In this document: positions 9,761 to 22,260 of the stretch, in pieces
Layout of the letters: the number at the start of each line of letters is the position of its first letter
Numbering within the stretch: position 1 is the stretch's first letter
Assembly: GCA_002269645.1 (NCBI GenBank)
Contig: NIVC01000222.1
Coordinates: 310,001-374,000, forward strand
Direction of reading: 5' to 3'
Source: Macrostomum lignano
Taxonomy: Eukaryota
DNA length: 64,000 nt
Translations under genes and position numbers: made by a program
Notes under the pieces: model-generated
Databases searched by the model: none
Seen by the model: the letters and a program-made list of their open reading frames with translations, nothing else
What the model was told of the DNA's origin: nothing

Positions 9761-10456
9761 GAAGCAATATTTTGTTGTTCGTTTATTAATTTTAGAGAAA
9801 AAGTGATTCTTTCACTTTTTAAACATCTTTGTCCGTGACAATTTTACCCGAATACGAGCTAAGGTGATTTTTAAAAGTGAAGAAGGAATTGGTGTTTAAG
9901 AAAATTTGCTTCTTTATTGTTTTCCGTGAACTATTTTTGCTCCTTTCTTATTGGGCGCCCCAAAGGGGGGCCGCACTAGATTGCTAGTATCTTGCTATAG
10001 TTGCTATGTAGTATATGGTTGTAGTCATAATTATAGAAGAACACTAATAGAAAATCCAAGGACTACTTTTAAGTAAAAGGATTGGAAACTATATTTCTTG
10101 GAAAATTGTAGGAGGCAGGTTTTTGTAATTGCTTTTGATGGGAGGCAGACCCAATGTTTATCTTTTGGTATGTACTGGTATATTGATATTCATAGAGCTT
10201 GCTAAACAGCCCATGAAAAGGTATGAAGCTATGCTAACATGAGTGTAGTTTGTAGTGGATTTTTATTAGTTTAAAATTATTTTTTATTCTGCCTGACCTG
10301 TATAGTGTATATATGTTTGTAAATTTAATATGGTTCCTGATCCCACTTCTGTAATCTCAAGATCCTGACAATAAAAGACATCGCCAACCAATTGCATGTC
10401 ACCATCTATTATTTTATTGCAACACTGCACCAACTGAAACTACTACTCCCTCAATC

Positions 10457-13400
10457 ATGAGCAGTCAGCAACAGAGAGCGCCAAGATCTGGCAATAAACG
10501 GTTTTTAGCCGACTTGTCTGATGTAGCAGCCGCCCTGCCCAGCACTGCCGACGCCCGGCCCATACTTGGCAGCGGCGACAAAACCGACCTGCCTAACACT
10601 GCCGCCCATTCCTGGAATGTCGACGTGCCTGATTTTGTGCCGCTGCGACCCACGGCGGGGGCGGCGGCGGTGACCTCGTCTAGACAGCAGCAGCCTGCCG
10701 CTTCATCATCGTCTATGACTCACCAGCCGCCACCATGGCAACAGCATGGCAACAACGATCCTATTAATCAATTAATTAGCGAGTCTCTGACAATCTTGTC
10801 AGCTGCCAGCGTCGGCGCCAGCAGTCTCAGTGGCGGAGACGATGTTGAATTGAATGCCTGTCTGATGCGACTGTATCAGACCACTCTGACCCGAGATGAC
10901 CCCGCCAAAGTTGTGTCCGCCGCCTTAGATTGCGTTAAACGGGACGGAGCTCTGTGCGATGCGGCAGCCAATTTGCTGACATTCTTGGCTGTGAATTTTG
11001 TTGTGTCGCCTCAGGTGAGGGAAGCTCTGGGGGTAGCGCAGCACCCACTGAAGCAGCTGAGAGGGTAGCGGCACCCACTGAAGCAGCTGAGAGGGAGGGT
11101 TGCGGCACCCACTGAAGCATCTGAGGGGGTAGCGGCACCCACTGAAGCATCTGAGGTTGGGGGTTGCGGCACCCACTGAAGCATCTGAGGGGGTAGCGGC
11201 ACCCACTGAAGCATCTGAGGGGGTAGCGGCACCCACTGAAGCATCTGAGGGGGTAGCGGCACCCACTGAAGCATCTGAGAGGGTTGCGGCACCCACTGAA
11301 GCATCTGAGAGGGTTGCGGCACCCACTGAAGCAGCTGAGGAGGGGTTTGCAGCACCCACTGAAGCATCTGAGGGGGTAGCGGCACCCACTGAAGCATCTG
11401 AGGGGGTAGCGGCACCCACTGAAGCATCTGAGGGGGTTGCGGCACCCACTGAAGCATCTGAGAGGGTTGCGGCACCCACTGAAGCATCTGAGGGGGTTGC
11501 GGCACCCACTGAAGCATCTGAGAGGGTTGCGGCACCCACTGAAGCAGCTGAGGAGGGGTTTGCAGCACCCACTGAAGCATCTGAAATAGGGGGTAGCGGC
11601 ACCCACTGAAGCATCTAAGGGTGTATCTGAATAATTTAGGGAGGGTATACTTGAAGCATTTGGGGAGGGTGTACCTAAAGCATTTGGGGAGGGTGTACCT
11701 GAAGCATCTGAGGGTGTACCTGAAGCATCTGAGGGTGTACCTGAAGCAGATCTGAGGGTGGGTGTACCTGAAGCAGATCTGAGGGTGGGTGTACCTGAAG
11801 CAGATCTGAGGGTGGGTGTACCTGAAGCAGATCTGAGGGTGAGTGTACCTGAAGCAGATCTGAGGGTGGGTGTACCTGAAGCAGATCTGAGGGTGGGTGT
11901 ACCTGAAGCAGATCTGAGGGTGGGTGTACCTGAAGCAGATCTGAGGGTGGGTGTACCTGAAGCAGATCTGAGGGTGGGTGTACCTGAAGCAGATCTGAGG
12001 GTGGGTGTACCTGAAGCAGATCTGAGGGTGGGTGTACCTGAAGCAGATCTGAGGGTGGGTGTACCTGGAGCATCTAAGGGTGAACCTGGGGCATCTAAGG
12101 GTGTACCTGAAGCATCTAAGGGTGTACCTGAAGCATCTGAGGAAGTATCGCTAGCTGAACAAGTTCACCTTCTCATTTGTTTCGCACCCCGCCTCAGGTG
12201 TGCCCGCACCTCATCAGCCCTCGAACCAAGAGTCCATTGGCCTGCAATCCAATCTACGAAGCACTATTAACAGTTTGCTCAACTGAGAACGATAGAATCC
12301 GACGAGAGATTGCTAATCTTCGAGCTGTCAGCTCGGAGCAGGCCAACTACATTAAGCTGTTCTCTTGGCTCTACCTTAATCTGCCTAGCTTGAGCTCGCC
12401 AACCCAGCGTCAGGGTCCTCTAATGCGTAATACTCTGCTGTTTCTTACACAGCTGGTCAATCTTAGCGGCTGTCCGTTGGCTTTTAAAACTGTTCACAGC
12501 ATACTGTCAGCGATTGGTGCGCCTCTGGATTTTGACTGTTGCGATCCGGACTTTGATGGCGGCAGCGATGTTATTCAACTGCTTGGCGACATCTATGATC
12601 AGCTTAGGAATGCCGCCGCCTCTGGCCGTGTGGGAAATCCTCAGGTTGGGATATTACATGATTGGCTGGCTTAGCACCTTTTGTCACCTTTTACCTGTCT
12701 ATCTACTCCTTTTACCTGTCTATCTACTCCTGTTACCTGTCTATCTACTCCTGTTACCTGTCTATCTACTGTTACCTGTCTATCTACTCCTGTTACCTGT
12801 CTATCTACTGTTACCTGTCTATCTACTGTTACCTGTCTATCTACTCCTGTTACCTGTCTATCTACCCCTGTTACCTGTCTATCTAATCCTGTTACCTGTC
12901 TATCTACTCCTGTTACCTAACTATCTACTCCTGTTACCTGTCTATCTACTCCTGTTACCTGTCTATCTACTGTTACCTGTCTATCTACTCCTGTTACCTG
13001 TCTATCTACTGTTACCTGTCTATCTACTCCTGTTACCTGTCTATCTACTGTTACCTGTCTATCTACTCCTGTTACCTGTCTATCTACCCCTGTTACCTGT
13101 CTATCTAATCCTGTTACCTGTCTATCTACTCCTGTTACCTATCTATCTACTCCTGTTACCTGTCTATCTACTCCTGTTACCTGTCTATCTACTCCTGTCA
13201 CCTGTCTATCTACTCTTGTTGCCTGTCTATCTACCCCTGTTACCTATCTATCTACTCCTGTTACCTGTCCATCTACTTGTGCTACCTGTCCACTTGTACG
13301 CCTTCGTCACCGAACTCCATTTAGAATCCATCTATTCTCCGAAATAAACTAACTCTCAACCGTACTTAAAAAGCCTGGTCTCAACCCCCAATCCCCTGCA

Positions 13401-13611
13401 GGTGTCGCTGGATCTGATCCGCCTGTTGGAACTTCGTGCTGCCAGCCTGATGGGCCAGTCTGGCTACCAGCCACCCTCCGCCGGCTCCGGCTTCCCTGGA
13501 CAGCAGCAGCAGCAGCAGCAGTACTCTTATACTGGCGGTGAGATGCAAAACATGACAGACGATATGTACGCCGACTATGAGAAATTTCTGCGGGATTCCG
13601 GTCAGCTTTGA
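10457..13611 (+). CDS. PAIP1: PAIP1-like poly(A)-binding-protein-interacting protein, ~404 aa; exons 10457-11014, 12198-12644, 13402-13611
   Basis: PAM2-like SWNVDVPDFVP, helical MIF4G-like middle, LIRLLELR and acidic C-terminus MTDDMYADYEKFLRDS resemble PAIP1; GT-AG introns, both phase 0, give a continuous frame. Confidence 0.8.
11030..11610 (+). repeat. 30-bp intronic minisatellite (GAGGGGTAGCGGCACCCACTGAAGCATCT-type)n
   Basis: Tandem units inside PAIP1 intron 1; the EGVAAPTEAS read-through ORF is an artefact. Confidence 0.92.
11640..12140 (+). repeat. 27-bp intronic minisatellite (GGGTGGGTGTACCTGAAGCAGATCTGA)n with related 21-bp flanking units
   Basis: Tandem units in the second half of PAIP1 intron 1, sharing CTGAAGCA with the upstream array. 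Confidence 0.9.
12690..13290 (+). repeat. 18/21-bp intronic minisatellite (CCTGTTACCTGTCTATCTACT)n
   Basis: Fills PAIP1 intron 2; LLLPVYL ORF is read-through. Confidence 0.92.
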
Positions 13612-13689
13612 GACGGTGATGGCTTTAACTGTAGAGACTGTTGCAGTGCGGGTGAACTCAAGATTGTAGTGTGAGTGGCTAATTACATC

Positions 13690-13786
13690 TGTCTGTTCTG
13701 TCTGTCTGGCTGTCTGGCTGTCTGTCTGTCTGTCTGGCTGTCTGTCTGTTCTGTCTGGCTGTCTGTCTGGCTGTCTGTCTGTCTGG

Positions 13787-13843
<57 letters not shown>

Positions 13844-13873
13844 GGTGTCTGTCTGTCTGTCTGTCTGTCTGCC

Positions 13874-13922
<49 letters not shown>

Positions 13923-14185
13923 TGTGTCTGTCTGTCTGTCTGTCTGTCTGTCTTAGTGTCTGTCTGTCTGTCTGTCTGTCTGTCTGGCTGTCTGTCTGTC
14001 TGGTGTCTGTCTGTCTGTCTGTCTGTCTATCTGTCTGTCTGTCTATCTGTCTGTCTGTCTTAGTGTCTGTCTGTCTGTCTGTCTTAGTGTCTGTCTGTCT
14101 GTCTGTCTTAGTGTCTGTCTGTCTGTCTTAGTGTCTGTCTGTCTTAGTGTCTATCTGTCTATCTTTCTGTGTCTGTCTTAGTGTC
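13690..14185 (+). repeat. (TCTG)n microsatellite
   Basis: Interrupted tetranucleotide tract downstream of PAIP1. Confidence 0.95.
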
Positions 14186-14754
14186 TGCTCGCAATTCTCA
14201 GCTGTTCCATTTGCGACCGAAATCCTATGATCGCGAATCAATCTATTTTTGTTTTTGTCCTGTGTAAAAATTTGCATCAAAAGATATTGAAATCAAAGTC
14301 CCTTCGATTAGTATGTTTCCTAATGAAAATTTTTTTGTGTTTTCAAACAGACAAATTCCAATTACGCGGTCTGCGCATGCATCCTGTCTGTATTTCAATG
14401 CGATCTGTTAATATTGATTGATTGGTGTATCTGCAGTAGGCTTGCAACGGTGCAATAGTTAATCGGTTGGGCGTCATCTGAGAGTATTTAACAAACCAAT
14501 ACTAGCTTATTAATACGACAAAACTGTTTAATATTATCCTTATATTATGCATATAAAATATCCGCTTCTGATATCCACCCAAAAGTGTGGCTCTGTACAA
14601 CGCACATTTGTTGCTGTTTATATCTGATTGACAAATAAATAATGACTGGTTAGTGTTCTGGTTCGACCGCATCCTCTAATGCCTTTTTATTGCGTTTATT
14701 ACTTTGAACATTAGGTCAGGCAACAGGATAGACAACTAAGTACTGTAGATTACT

Positions 14755-15570
14755 CATAAGACGAAAGGTTGATGGCAGAGTAGACAGAAAGGTAGATAAC
14801 AGAGTAGACAGAAGGGCAGATAACTAAGTAGACAAAAAGGTTGATGGCTGAGTATACAGAAAGGTAGATGGCTGAGTAGATCGAAAAGTAGATGGCTGAG
14901 TAGACAGAAAGTTATATGGCAGATTAGATAGAAAGGTAGATGACTGAAGTAGACAGAAAGGTAGATTGCAGAGTAGACAGACAGGTAGATGGCTGAGTAG
15001 ACAGAAAGTTATATGGCAGATTAGATAGAAAGGTAGATGACTGAAGTAGACAGAAAGGTAGATTGCAGAGTAGACAGAAAGGTAGATGGCTGAGTAGACC
15101 GAAAGGTAGATGGCTGAGTAGACAGAAAGGTAGATGGCTGAGTAGACAGAAAGTTATATGGCAGATTAGATAGAAAGGTAGATGACTGAAGTATACAGAA
15201 AGGTAGATGGCGGAGTAGACCGAAAGGTAGATGGCTGAGTAGATCGAAAAGTAGATGGCTGAGTAGACAGAAAGGTAGATGGCTGAGTAGACCGAAAGGT
15301 AGATGGCTGAGTAGACAGAAAGGTAGATAACAGAGTAGACGGAAAGGTAGATAACAGAGTAGACAGAAAGGTAGATAGCAGAGTAGACAGAAAGGTAGAT
15401 GGCTGATGAGACAGAAGGGTAGATAAAAGAGTAGGCAGAAAGGTAGATAACAGAGTAGACAGAAGTTAGATGGCTGATGAAACAGAAGGGTAGATAAAAG
15501 AGAAGACAGAAAAGTAGATAACAGAGTTGACAAAAAGGTAGATGGCAGAGTAGACAAGCAAGGTAGATAG
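14755..15570 (+). repeat. 24-bp minisatellite (GAGTAGACAGAAAGGTAGATGGCT)n
   Basis: Tandem units that end where the GC-rich CREB-like reading frame begins. Confidence 0.9.
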
Positions 15571-15862
15571 CAGGCTGGGTACGAAGCACTTTAAACCAAG
15601 CCAGTCTCCGGCCCCGATTCTTCAGCCGTCTCGCACCAATCAGCAATCGAAGGCCTCCGCCGCTGCCGCAGGCAAGCGCTCGGCCAGAGCCGCAAGCCCG
15701 ACTGGCGGCGGCAGCGACGACGACGGCGGACGCCGGGCGCCACGGCACTACCCGAAGCTCGAGGCCAACTCGCCGCTAGCGCCTGTGCCGCCGCCGCCCC
15801 TGCTGCACCGTCAGACAGTCTCCGGGTACTCCCTGCCGCCGCACGCCATTCAACGCATCCTC

Positions 15863-16567
15863 ATGACGTCAGCGTCGTCAACTTCGTCGGCGGCGGTGGC
15901 AGCGGCGCCCTCGGCTACGCTGGTTGGCGGAACCAGCAGTTCCGCGTTTGTGCCGGTGAACACCGGGGCAGCCGCTGCTGCCGCCGCCGCCGCGGCCGCC
16001 GCTGCCGCTTTCGCTGCGCAATCGACTTCGTCGATGAACCTGCCGATGCGCCGGCACCATCCTCAGCTGATGTCGGCGGCGGCGTCAGGCGACGATCTCG
16101 ACGACAGTTACGGCGACGGAGGACAAGGCGAAGAGCTCGGCGACAATCTGGAAGGTCCCGAGGAGTCGCAGCCGATGAACGGGGACGGCATGGACGAAGA
16201 CGAATCCAGCTGCGAGTCCTCGGCCGTGTCGCTTCAGCGGCGTCAGCAGCAGCTGCTGCTGCAACAGCACCAGTTGAAGCAGCAGCAGCAGCAGCAGTCT
16301 TCTAGCGCTTCCGGTGTCGCTGGCGCTTCCGGTTCGGGCGGAACCCGCGGCAGCGCCGATCCGGACTATCTGCACCGGAAGCGGGAGTCGCGGCTGATTA
16401 AAAATCGCGAAGCCGCTCGAGTCTGCCGGCAGAAGAAGAAGGACTACATCCGGTGCCTGGAGAACCGGGTTAGGCTGCTGACTACACAGAATCGGCAGCT
16501 GATGGAGGAGCTCGAGAAGTTCAAAGTGATTCTGCACGAGCAGGCTCTGGGTGATGGCGAGGGTTGA
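15863..16567 (+). CDS. CREB: CREB/CREM/ATF1-family bZIP transcription factor (frame open from 15554; first ATG at 15863; an upstream exon is possible)
   Basis: RKRESRLIKNREAARVCRQKKKDYIRCLENRVRLLTTQNRQLMEEL matches the CREB basic region and zipper; polyA and polyQ low-complexity N-terminus; no RRPSY kinase-inducible motif seen. Confidence 0.88.
   Translation: MTSASSTSSAAVAAAPSATLVGGTSSSAFVPVNTGAAAAAAAAAAAAAAFAAQSTSSMNLPMRRHHPQLMSAAASGDDLDDSYGDGGQGEELGDNLEGPEESQPMNGDGMDEDESSCESSAVSLQRRQQQLLLQQHQLKQQQQQQSSSASGVAGASGSGGTRGSADPDYLHRKRESRLIKNREAARVCRQKKKDYIRCLENRVRLLTTQNRQLMEELEKFKVILHEQALGDGEG
15864..15871. promoter_or_regulatory. Perfect CRE palindrome TGACGTCA overlapping the first ATG of the CREB-like ORF
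   Basis: tcATGACGTCAgcg at 15861-15874; function not shown. Confidence 0.35.
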
Positions 16568-16689
16568 GCTGGCCGGTAAAGAATTCTTGTAAAAATTTAT
16601 TGCGGTTCTTACTGTGGTTTTATCGCTTTTTTGGCAGCTTTTGTTCATACGGGGCTGGCTTCGTTTTTGCGGGTTTCCGTGTGAGATTC

Positions 16690-17510
16690 CGGTTTCTAAG
16701 GGTGAGACTCTGTCTTCTAAGGGTGAGATTCCAGCTTCTAAGGGTAAGATTCCAGTTTCTGAGGGTGAATTTCCGGCGTCTAATAGGGTGAGATTCTGGC
16801 GTATAATAGGGTGAGATTCCTGCGTGTAATGAAGTAAGATTTCGGCGTTTAATGGGGTAAGATTCCGGCATGTAATAGGGTGAGATTCTGGTGTCTAATA
16901 GAATAAGATTCTGACGTCTGATAGAGTGAGATTCTTGTGTCTAATGGGATGAGATTCTGACGTCTGATAGAGTGAGATTCTTGTGTCTAATGGGATGAGA
17001 TTCTGACGTCTGATAGAGTGAGATTCTTGTGTCTAATGGGATGAGATTCTGGCGTCTGATAGAGTGAGATTCTTGTGTCTAATGGGATGAGATTCTGACG
17101 TCTGATAGAGTGAGATTCTTGTGTCTAATGGGATGAGATTCTGGCGTCTGATAGAGTGAGATTCTTGTGTCTAATGGGATGAGATTCTGGCGTCTGATAG
17201 AGTGAGATTCTTGTGTCTAATGGGATGAGATTCTGGCGTCTGATAGAGTGAGACTCTTGTGTCTAATGGGATGAGATTCTGGCGTCTGATAGAGTGAGAC
17301 TCTTGTGTCTAATGGGATGAGATTCTGGCGTCTGATAGAGTGAGATTCTTGTGTCTAATGGGATGAGATTCTGGCGTCTGATAGAGTGAGATTCTTGTGT
17401 CTAATGGGATGAGATTCTGGCGTCTGATAGAGTGAGACTCTTGTGTCTAATGGGATGAGATTCTGGCGTTTAAGAAGGTGAGATTCCAGGGTTTAAGGGT
17501 GAGATTTTGT
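16690..17510 (+). repeat. 23-bp minisatellite maturing into a 46-bp dimeric higher-order repeat (GAGATTCTGGCGTCTGATAGAGT-GAGATTCTTGTGTCTAATGGGAT)n
   Basis: Period of 46 measured (16921 to 16967); flanks are degenerate monomers. Confidence 0.92.
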
Positions 17511-18199
17511 TGTCTAATGATGAGGTTTCGGTGTCTAACAGTGACTTCGCTCGAATTGTAAACCCTGATGAAAGCTGTCCCTAATGGAATCCTATTTTAT
17601 TCAACGTTGAACTGCTTTACCAACTGTGGTTAGATTAAACTTTTGAGTGTTCCAATTCGAATAAATATTTTTGTGTAAAAAATAAAATAATTACAATACG
17701 CTGTTCAGACTACTGTCCTGTTAGTAATTAAGTAGTATTATAATTAGAATGCGGCGGCTTGCGATAAAGATGGACCAGAATGAAAATGAGAATCGTATTA
17801 TACGACCAATTTATTCTTCGCGTCAAATCCAACCGTCAGATTTGTTTGTTTGTTGCTGTGAAGTTGCGTGTTTTGTTGTTTTTTGTTATAACTTTTAGTC
17901 GCTTGTTTGCGTTCTCGCCTCATTATTCTATTAGTTTGAGCTCTTCATTTTCCCTTGTTTTGAGTCGATCAGTGCTGGATGAAGCTGTCTGATCTTTTGC
18001 CAATCAAATTCAATTGTTATGGATTACGAATGTGAGTAGTGCATTATTAATAGCTTTTTATCTGGATGTTACATTGGACAATATGTATTCTATTCGATTC
18101 TACTGAAAATAAAACTCGCCCTGTGTCTGTTTGCCGTACTGGCTTCTTGTGCTAACTTTGTCCATGTTTGTAGCAGTTTTTTAGCTCTCTAAAACTGTT

Positions 18200-18930
18200 T
18201 TTGCCACTTCCCCATCAATTGGGATTCTGGGTTGCTTCCGGTTCCGCCACTTCTCCATCAATTGGGATTCTGGGTTGCTTCCGGTTCCGCCACTTCCCCA
18301 TCAATTGGGATTCTGGGTTGATTCCAGTTCCACCACTTCCCCATCAATTGGGATTCTGGGTTGCTTCCGGTTCCGTCACTTCCCTATCAATTGGGATTCT
18401 GGGTTGCTTCCGGTTCCGTCACTTCCCCATCAATTGGGACTCTGGGTTGCTTCCGGTTCCGTCACTTCCCCATCAATTGGGATTCTGGGTTGCTTCCGGT
18501 TCCGTCACTTCCCCATCAATTGGGATTCTGGGTTGCTTCCGGTTCCGTCACTTCCCCATCAATTGGGATTCTGGGTTGCTTCCGGTTCCGTCACTTCCCC
18601 ATCAATTGGGACTCTGGGTTGCTTCCGGTTCCGTCACTTCCCCATCAATTGGGACTCTGGGTTGCTTCCAGTTCCGCCACTTCCCCATCAATTGGGACTC
18701 TGGGTTGCTTCCAGTTCCGCCACTTCCCCATCAATTAGGACTCTGGGTTGCTTCCAGTTCCGCCACTTCTCCATCAATCGGGATTCTGGGTTACTTCCGG
18801 TTCCGCCACTTCTCCATCAATTGGGATTCTGGGTTGCTTCCGGTTCCGCCACTTCCCCATCAATCGGGATTCTGGGTTGCTTCCGGTTCCGCCACTTCCC
18901 TATCAATTGGGATTCTGGGTTGCTTCCGGT
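18200..18930 (+). repeat. 43-bp minisatellite (TTCCGGTTCCGTCACTTCCCCATCAATTGGGATTCTGGGTTGC)n, ~17 copies
   Basis: Contiguous tandem units, no spacers. Confidence 0.95.
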
Positions 18931-19414
18931 TCCTTTCCTTCTCCATGAATGAGGATTCTGGGATATGCTTCCGCCTCCATCAAGTCGGGATTCTGGGACA
19001 ATCTGATGCTCGTTCATTTCATTAACTACTGGGTCTGCGTATCACTTCCTCATTAGCCGAAAGAATTTTTGATCTTTAAGCGTCATTTTTATTGTGATTG
19101 TGCTATACTGTGTCCATAGATACACTTGCACCTTTGCAAAAGTGTTTAATTGTTTGATTTTTTAAATATATTTTCTTTGTTAGTTCTTGCTACTATGGGA
19201 ATGCACTGCTCTGTCGGAGTTATAAATCAACATTTTGCACTATATGTTTTTCAAATTACAAAGAGAAGATTCGTTTTTTTCGGTTGGCTTTTTTGTAAGC
19301 GAAAGCAGATTGAATGCTTTTAATGTAACCGTGTAAAGTTGAATTTCTTGCTGTAGGATTTTGGACTTTCTTAAATTTATTCTCAACGGTAATTGTGCAT
19401 CGTCTGAAGTGGTG

Positions 19415-20775
19415 CAGGAACTTGTGACAGCAACTGAAATGGTGGAGAAACTTGTGACAGCAACTGAAATGGTGGAGAAACTTGTGACAGGGCAACTCTG
19501 AAATTGTGGAGGAACTTGTGACAGCCACTGAAGTGTGGAGGAACTTGTGACAGAGCAACTCTGAAATTGTGGAGGAACTTGTGACAGCAACTCTGAAATT
19601 GTGGAGAAACTTGTGACAGGGCAACTCTGAAATTGTGGAGGAACTTGTGACAGCAAATCTGAAATGGTGCAGGAACTTGTGACAGCAAATCTGAAATGAT
19701 GGAGAAACTTGTGACAGGGCAACTCTGAAATTGTGGAGGAACTTGTGACAGCCACTGAAGTGTGGAGGAACTTGTGACAGAGCAGCTCTGAAATTGTGGA
19801 GGAACTTGTGACAGCAACTCTGAAATTGTGGAGGAACTTGTGACAGCAACTCTGAAATTGTGGAGGAACTTGTGACAGAGCAACTCTGAAATTGTGGAGG
19901 AACTTGTGACAGCAAATCTGAAATGGTGGAGGAACTTGTGACAGCAACTGAAATGGTGGAGGAACTTGTGACAGCAAATCTGAAATGGTGGAGGAACTTG
20001 TGACAGCAAATCTGAAATGGTGGAGGAACTTGTGACAGCAACTGAAATTGTGGAGGAACCTTGTGACAGGGCAACTCTGAAATTGTGGAGGAACTTGTGA
20101 CAGGGCAACTCTGAAATTGTGGAGGAACTTGTGACAGGGCAACTTTGAAACTGTGGAGGAACTTGTGACAGCAGCTGAAATGGTGGAGGAACTTGTGACA
20201 ACAACTGAAATGGTGGAGGAACTTGTGACAGAGCAACTCTGAAATGATAGAGAAACTTGTGACAGCAACTGAAGTGTGGAGGAACTTTTGACAGAAAAAC
20301 TGAAATGGTGCAGGAACTTGTGACAGAGCAACTCTGAAATGATGGAGGAACTTGTGACAGCAACTGAAATGGTGGAGGAACTTGTGACAGCAACTGAAAT
20401 GGTGGAGGAACTTGTGACAGCAACTGAAATGATGGAGGAACTTGTGACAGAGAAACTAAAACGGTGGAGGAACTTGTGACAGCAACTGAAATGATGGAGG
20501 AACTTGTGACAGCAACTCTGAAATTGTGGAGGAACTTGTGACAGCAACTCTGAAATTGTGGAGGAACTTGTGACAGAGAAACTCTGAAATGATGGAGGAA
20601 CTTGTGACAGCAACTGAAATGGTGGAGGAACTTGTGACAGCAACTGAAATGGTGGAGGAACTTGTGACAGCAACTGAAATGGTGGAGGAACTTGTGACAG
20701 CAACTGAAATGGTGGAGGAACTTGTGACAGCAACTGAAATTGTGGAGGAACTTGTGACAGAGCAACTCTGAAATG
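19415..20775 (+). repeat. 30-33-bp minisatellite (GGAGGAACTTGTGACAGCAACTGAAATGGT)n
   Basis: Tandem units with small indels; long minus-strand ORFs here are read-throughs. Confidence 0.95.
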
Positions 20776-21399
20776 GTGAATGGATTGACCTGCTGGCAGA
20801 ATTCGCGTGGCTTAAACTTGCAGAAATCATTGAAAGAAAAATCAATAAATTTCTTTGATTCGCAGTTTCGAGTTTTATTACTTTCAACAGTATATTGCGA
20901 CTTCAATAATGCCAGGTGGCTAATGCCTAAACAACAACTAAAGATACGTGTACATGGTAAATTTATAGTTTATGAAAAGACCGATTTTAAGAGGCAGTTT
21001 AAACAAAATAGACAAAAAACATTGATTGGCTAATTAAATGAATCTGCTTGATTCAACCTGGAAATGCCACAGTTACGAGTACAGTACGATTCCGATTACT
21101 TATGAGTAGTGCTACATAAATGTGACGCTGTTTAGCGTAGAATAATACTCTTCATTTAAACATTAATTGCAATTACATGTAGACTGAAAATTCACAAAAT
21201 ATTGCACGCGCATCAAAGCTGCACTATAAATATACCTCACCATACATTAAAAAAGCGAGAAGACACATGATACTGCACATCAGGTATTCAGCCCAGTCAG
21301 ACTGTTGTTGTTTCTCCGAAAATTCCCACGGTTTGATTAGCTAAGGGGGAATTCTTGATGGGTAATTCGAGAGGACTTGTAGAAGGGTAAGATTCTAGA

Positions 21400-22235
21400 A
21401 AAATAAAATGATGCAGAGGGAATCTTTTCTGTCAGAGAATTTCGATAAAGATTCTCTAAAGGGAATCTTTTCCGTTATAGAAATTCAAAGGAAGATTCCC
21501 CAAGAGAATGTTTTGTCAGAGCAAAATTTCTGAGGATGATTCTCCAAAGGGAATTTTTTCGTCAGGGGACAATTCTGAGGAAGATTGTCCAGAGGGTATC
21601 TTTTCTGTCAGGGGAGAATTCAGAGGAAGATTCTCCAGAGGGAATCTTTTCCGTCAGAGGAGAATTCGGAGGAAGATTCTCCAAAGGGAATCTTTTCTGT
21701 CGGAGGAGAATTTTGAGGAAGATTCTCCAGAGGGAATCTTTTCCGTCAGAGGAGAATTCGGAGGAAGATTCTCCAAAGGGAATCTTTTCTGTCGGAGGAG
21801 AATTTTGAGGAAGATTCTCCAGAGGGAATCTTTTCCGTCGGAGGAGAATTCTGAGGAAGATTCTCCAGAGGGAATCTTTTCCGTCAGAGGAGAATTCGGA
21901 GGAAGATTCTCCAAAGGGAATCTTTTCTGTCGGAGGAGAATTTTGAGGAAGATTCTCCAGAGGGAATCTTTTCCGTCGGAGGAGAATTCTGAGGAAGATT
22001 CTCCAGAGGGAATCTTTTCCGTCAGAGGAGAATTCGGAGGAAGATTCTCCAGAGGGTATCTTTTCTGTCGGAGGAGAATTCTGAGGAAGATTCTCCAGAG
22101 GGAATCTTTTCCGTCAGAGGAGAATTCGGAGGAAGATTCTCCAGAGGGTATCTTTTCTGTCGGAGGAGAATTCTGAGGAAGATTCTCCAGAGGGAATCTT
22201 TTCCGTCAGAGGAGAATTCGTGGAAAGATTCTCCA
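21400..22235 (+). repeat. 46-bp minisatellite (GAGGAGAATTCGGAGGAAGATTCTCCAGAGGGAATCTTTTCCGTCA)n
   Basis: Period of 46 (21661 to 21707); internal AAGATTC/GAATCTT inverted pair; ends just past the nkd stop codon. Confidence 0.92.
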
Positions 22236-22260
22236 GCGGGATTTGCGAGGCTTCCTGATC

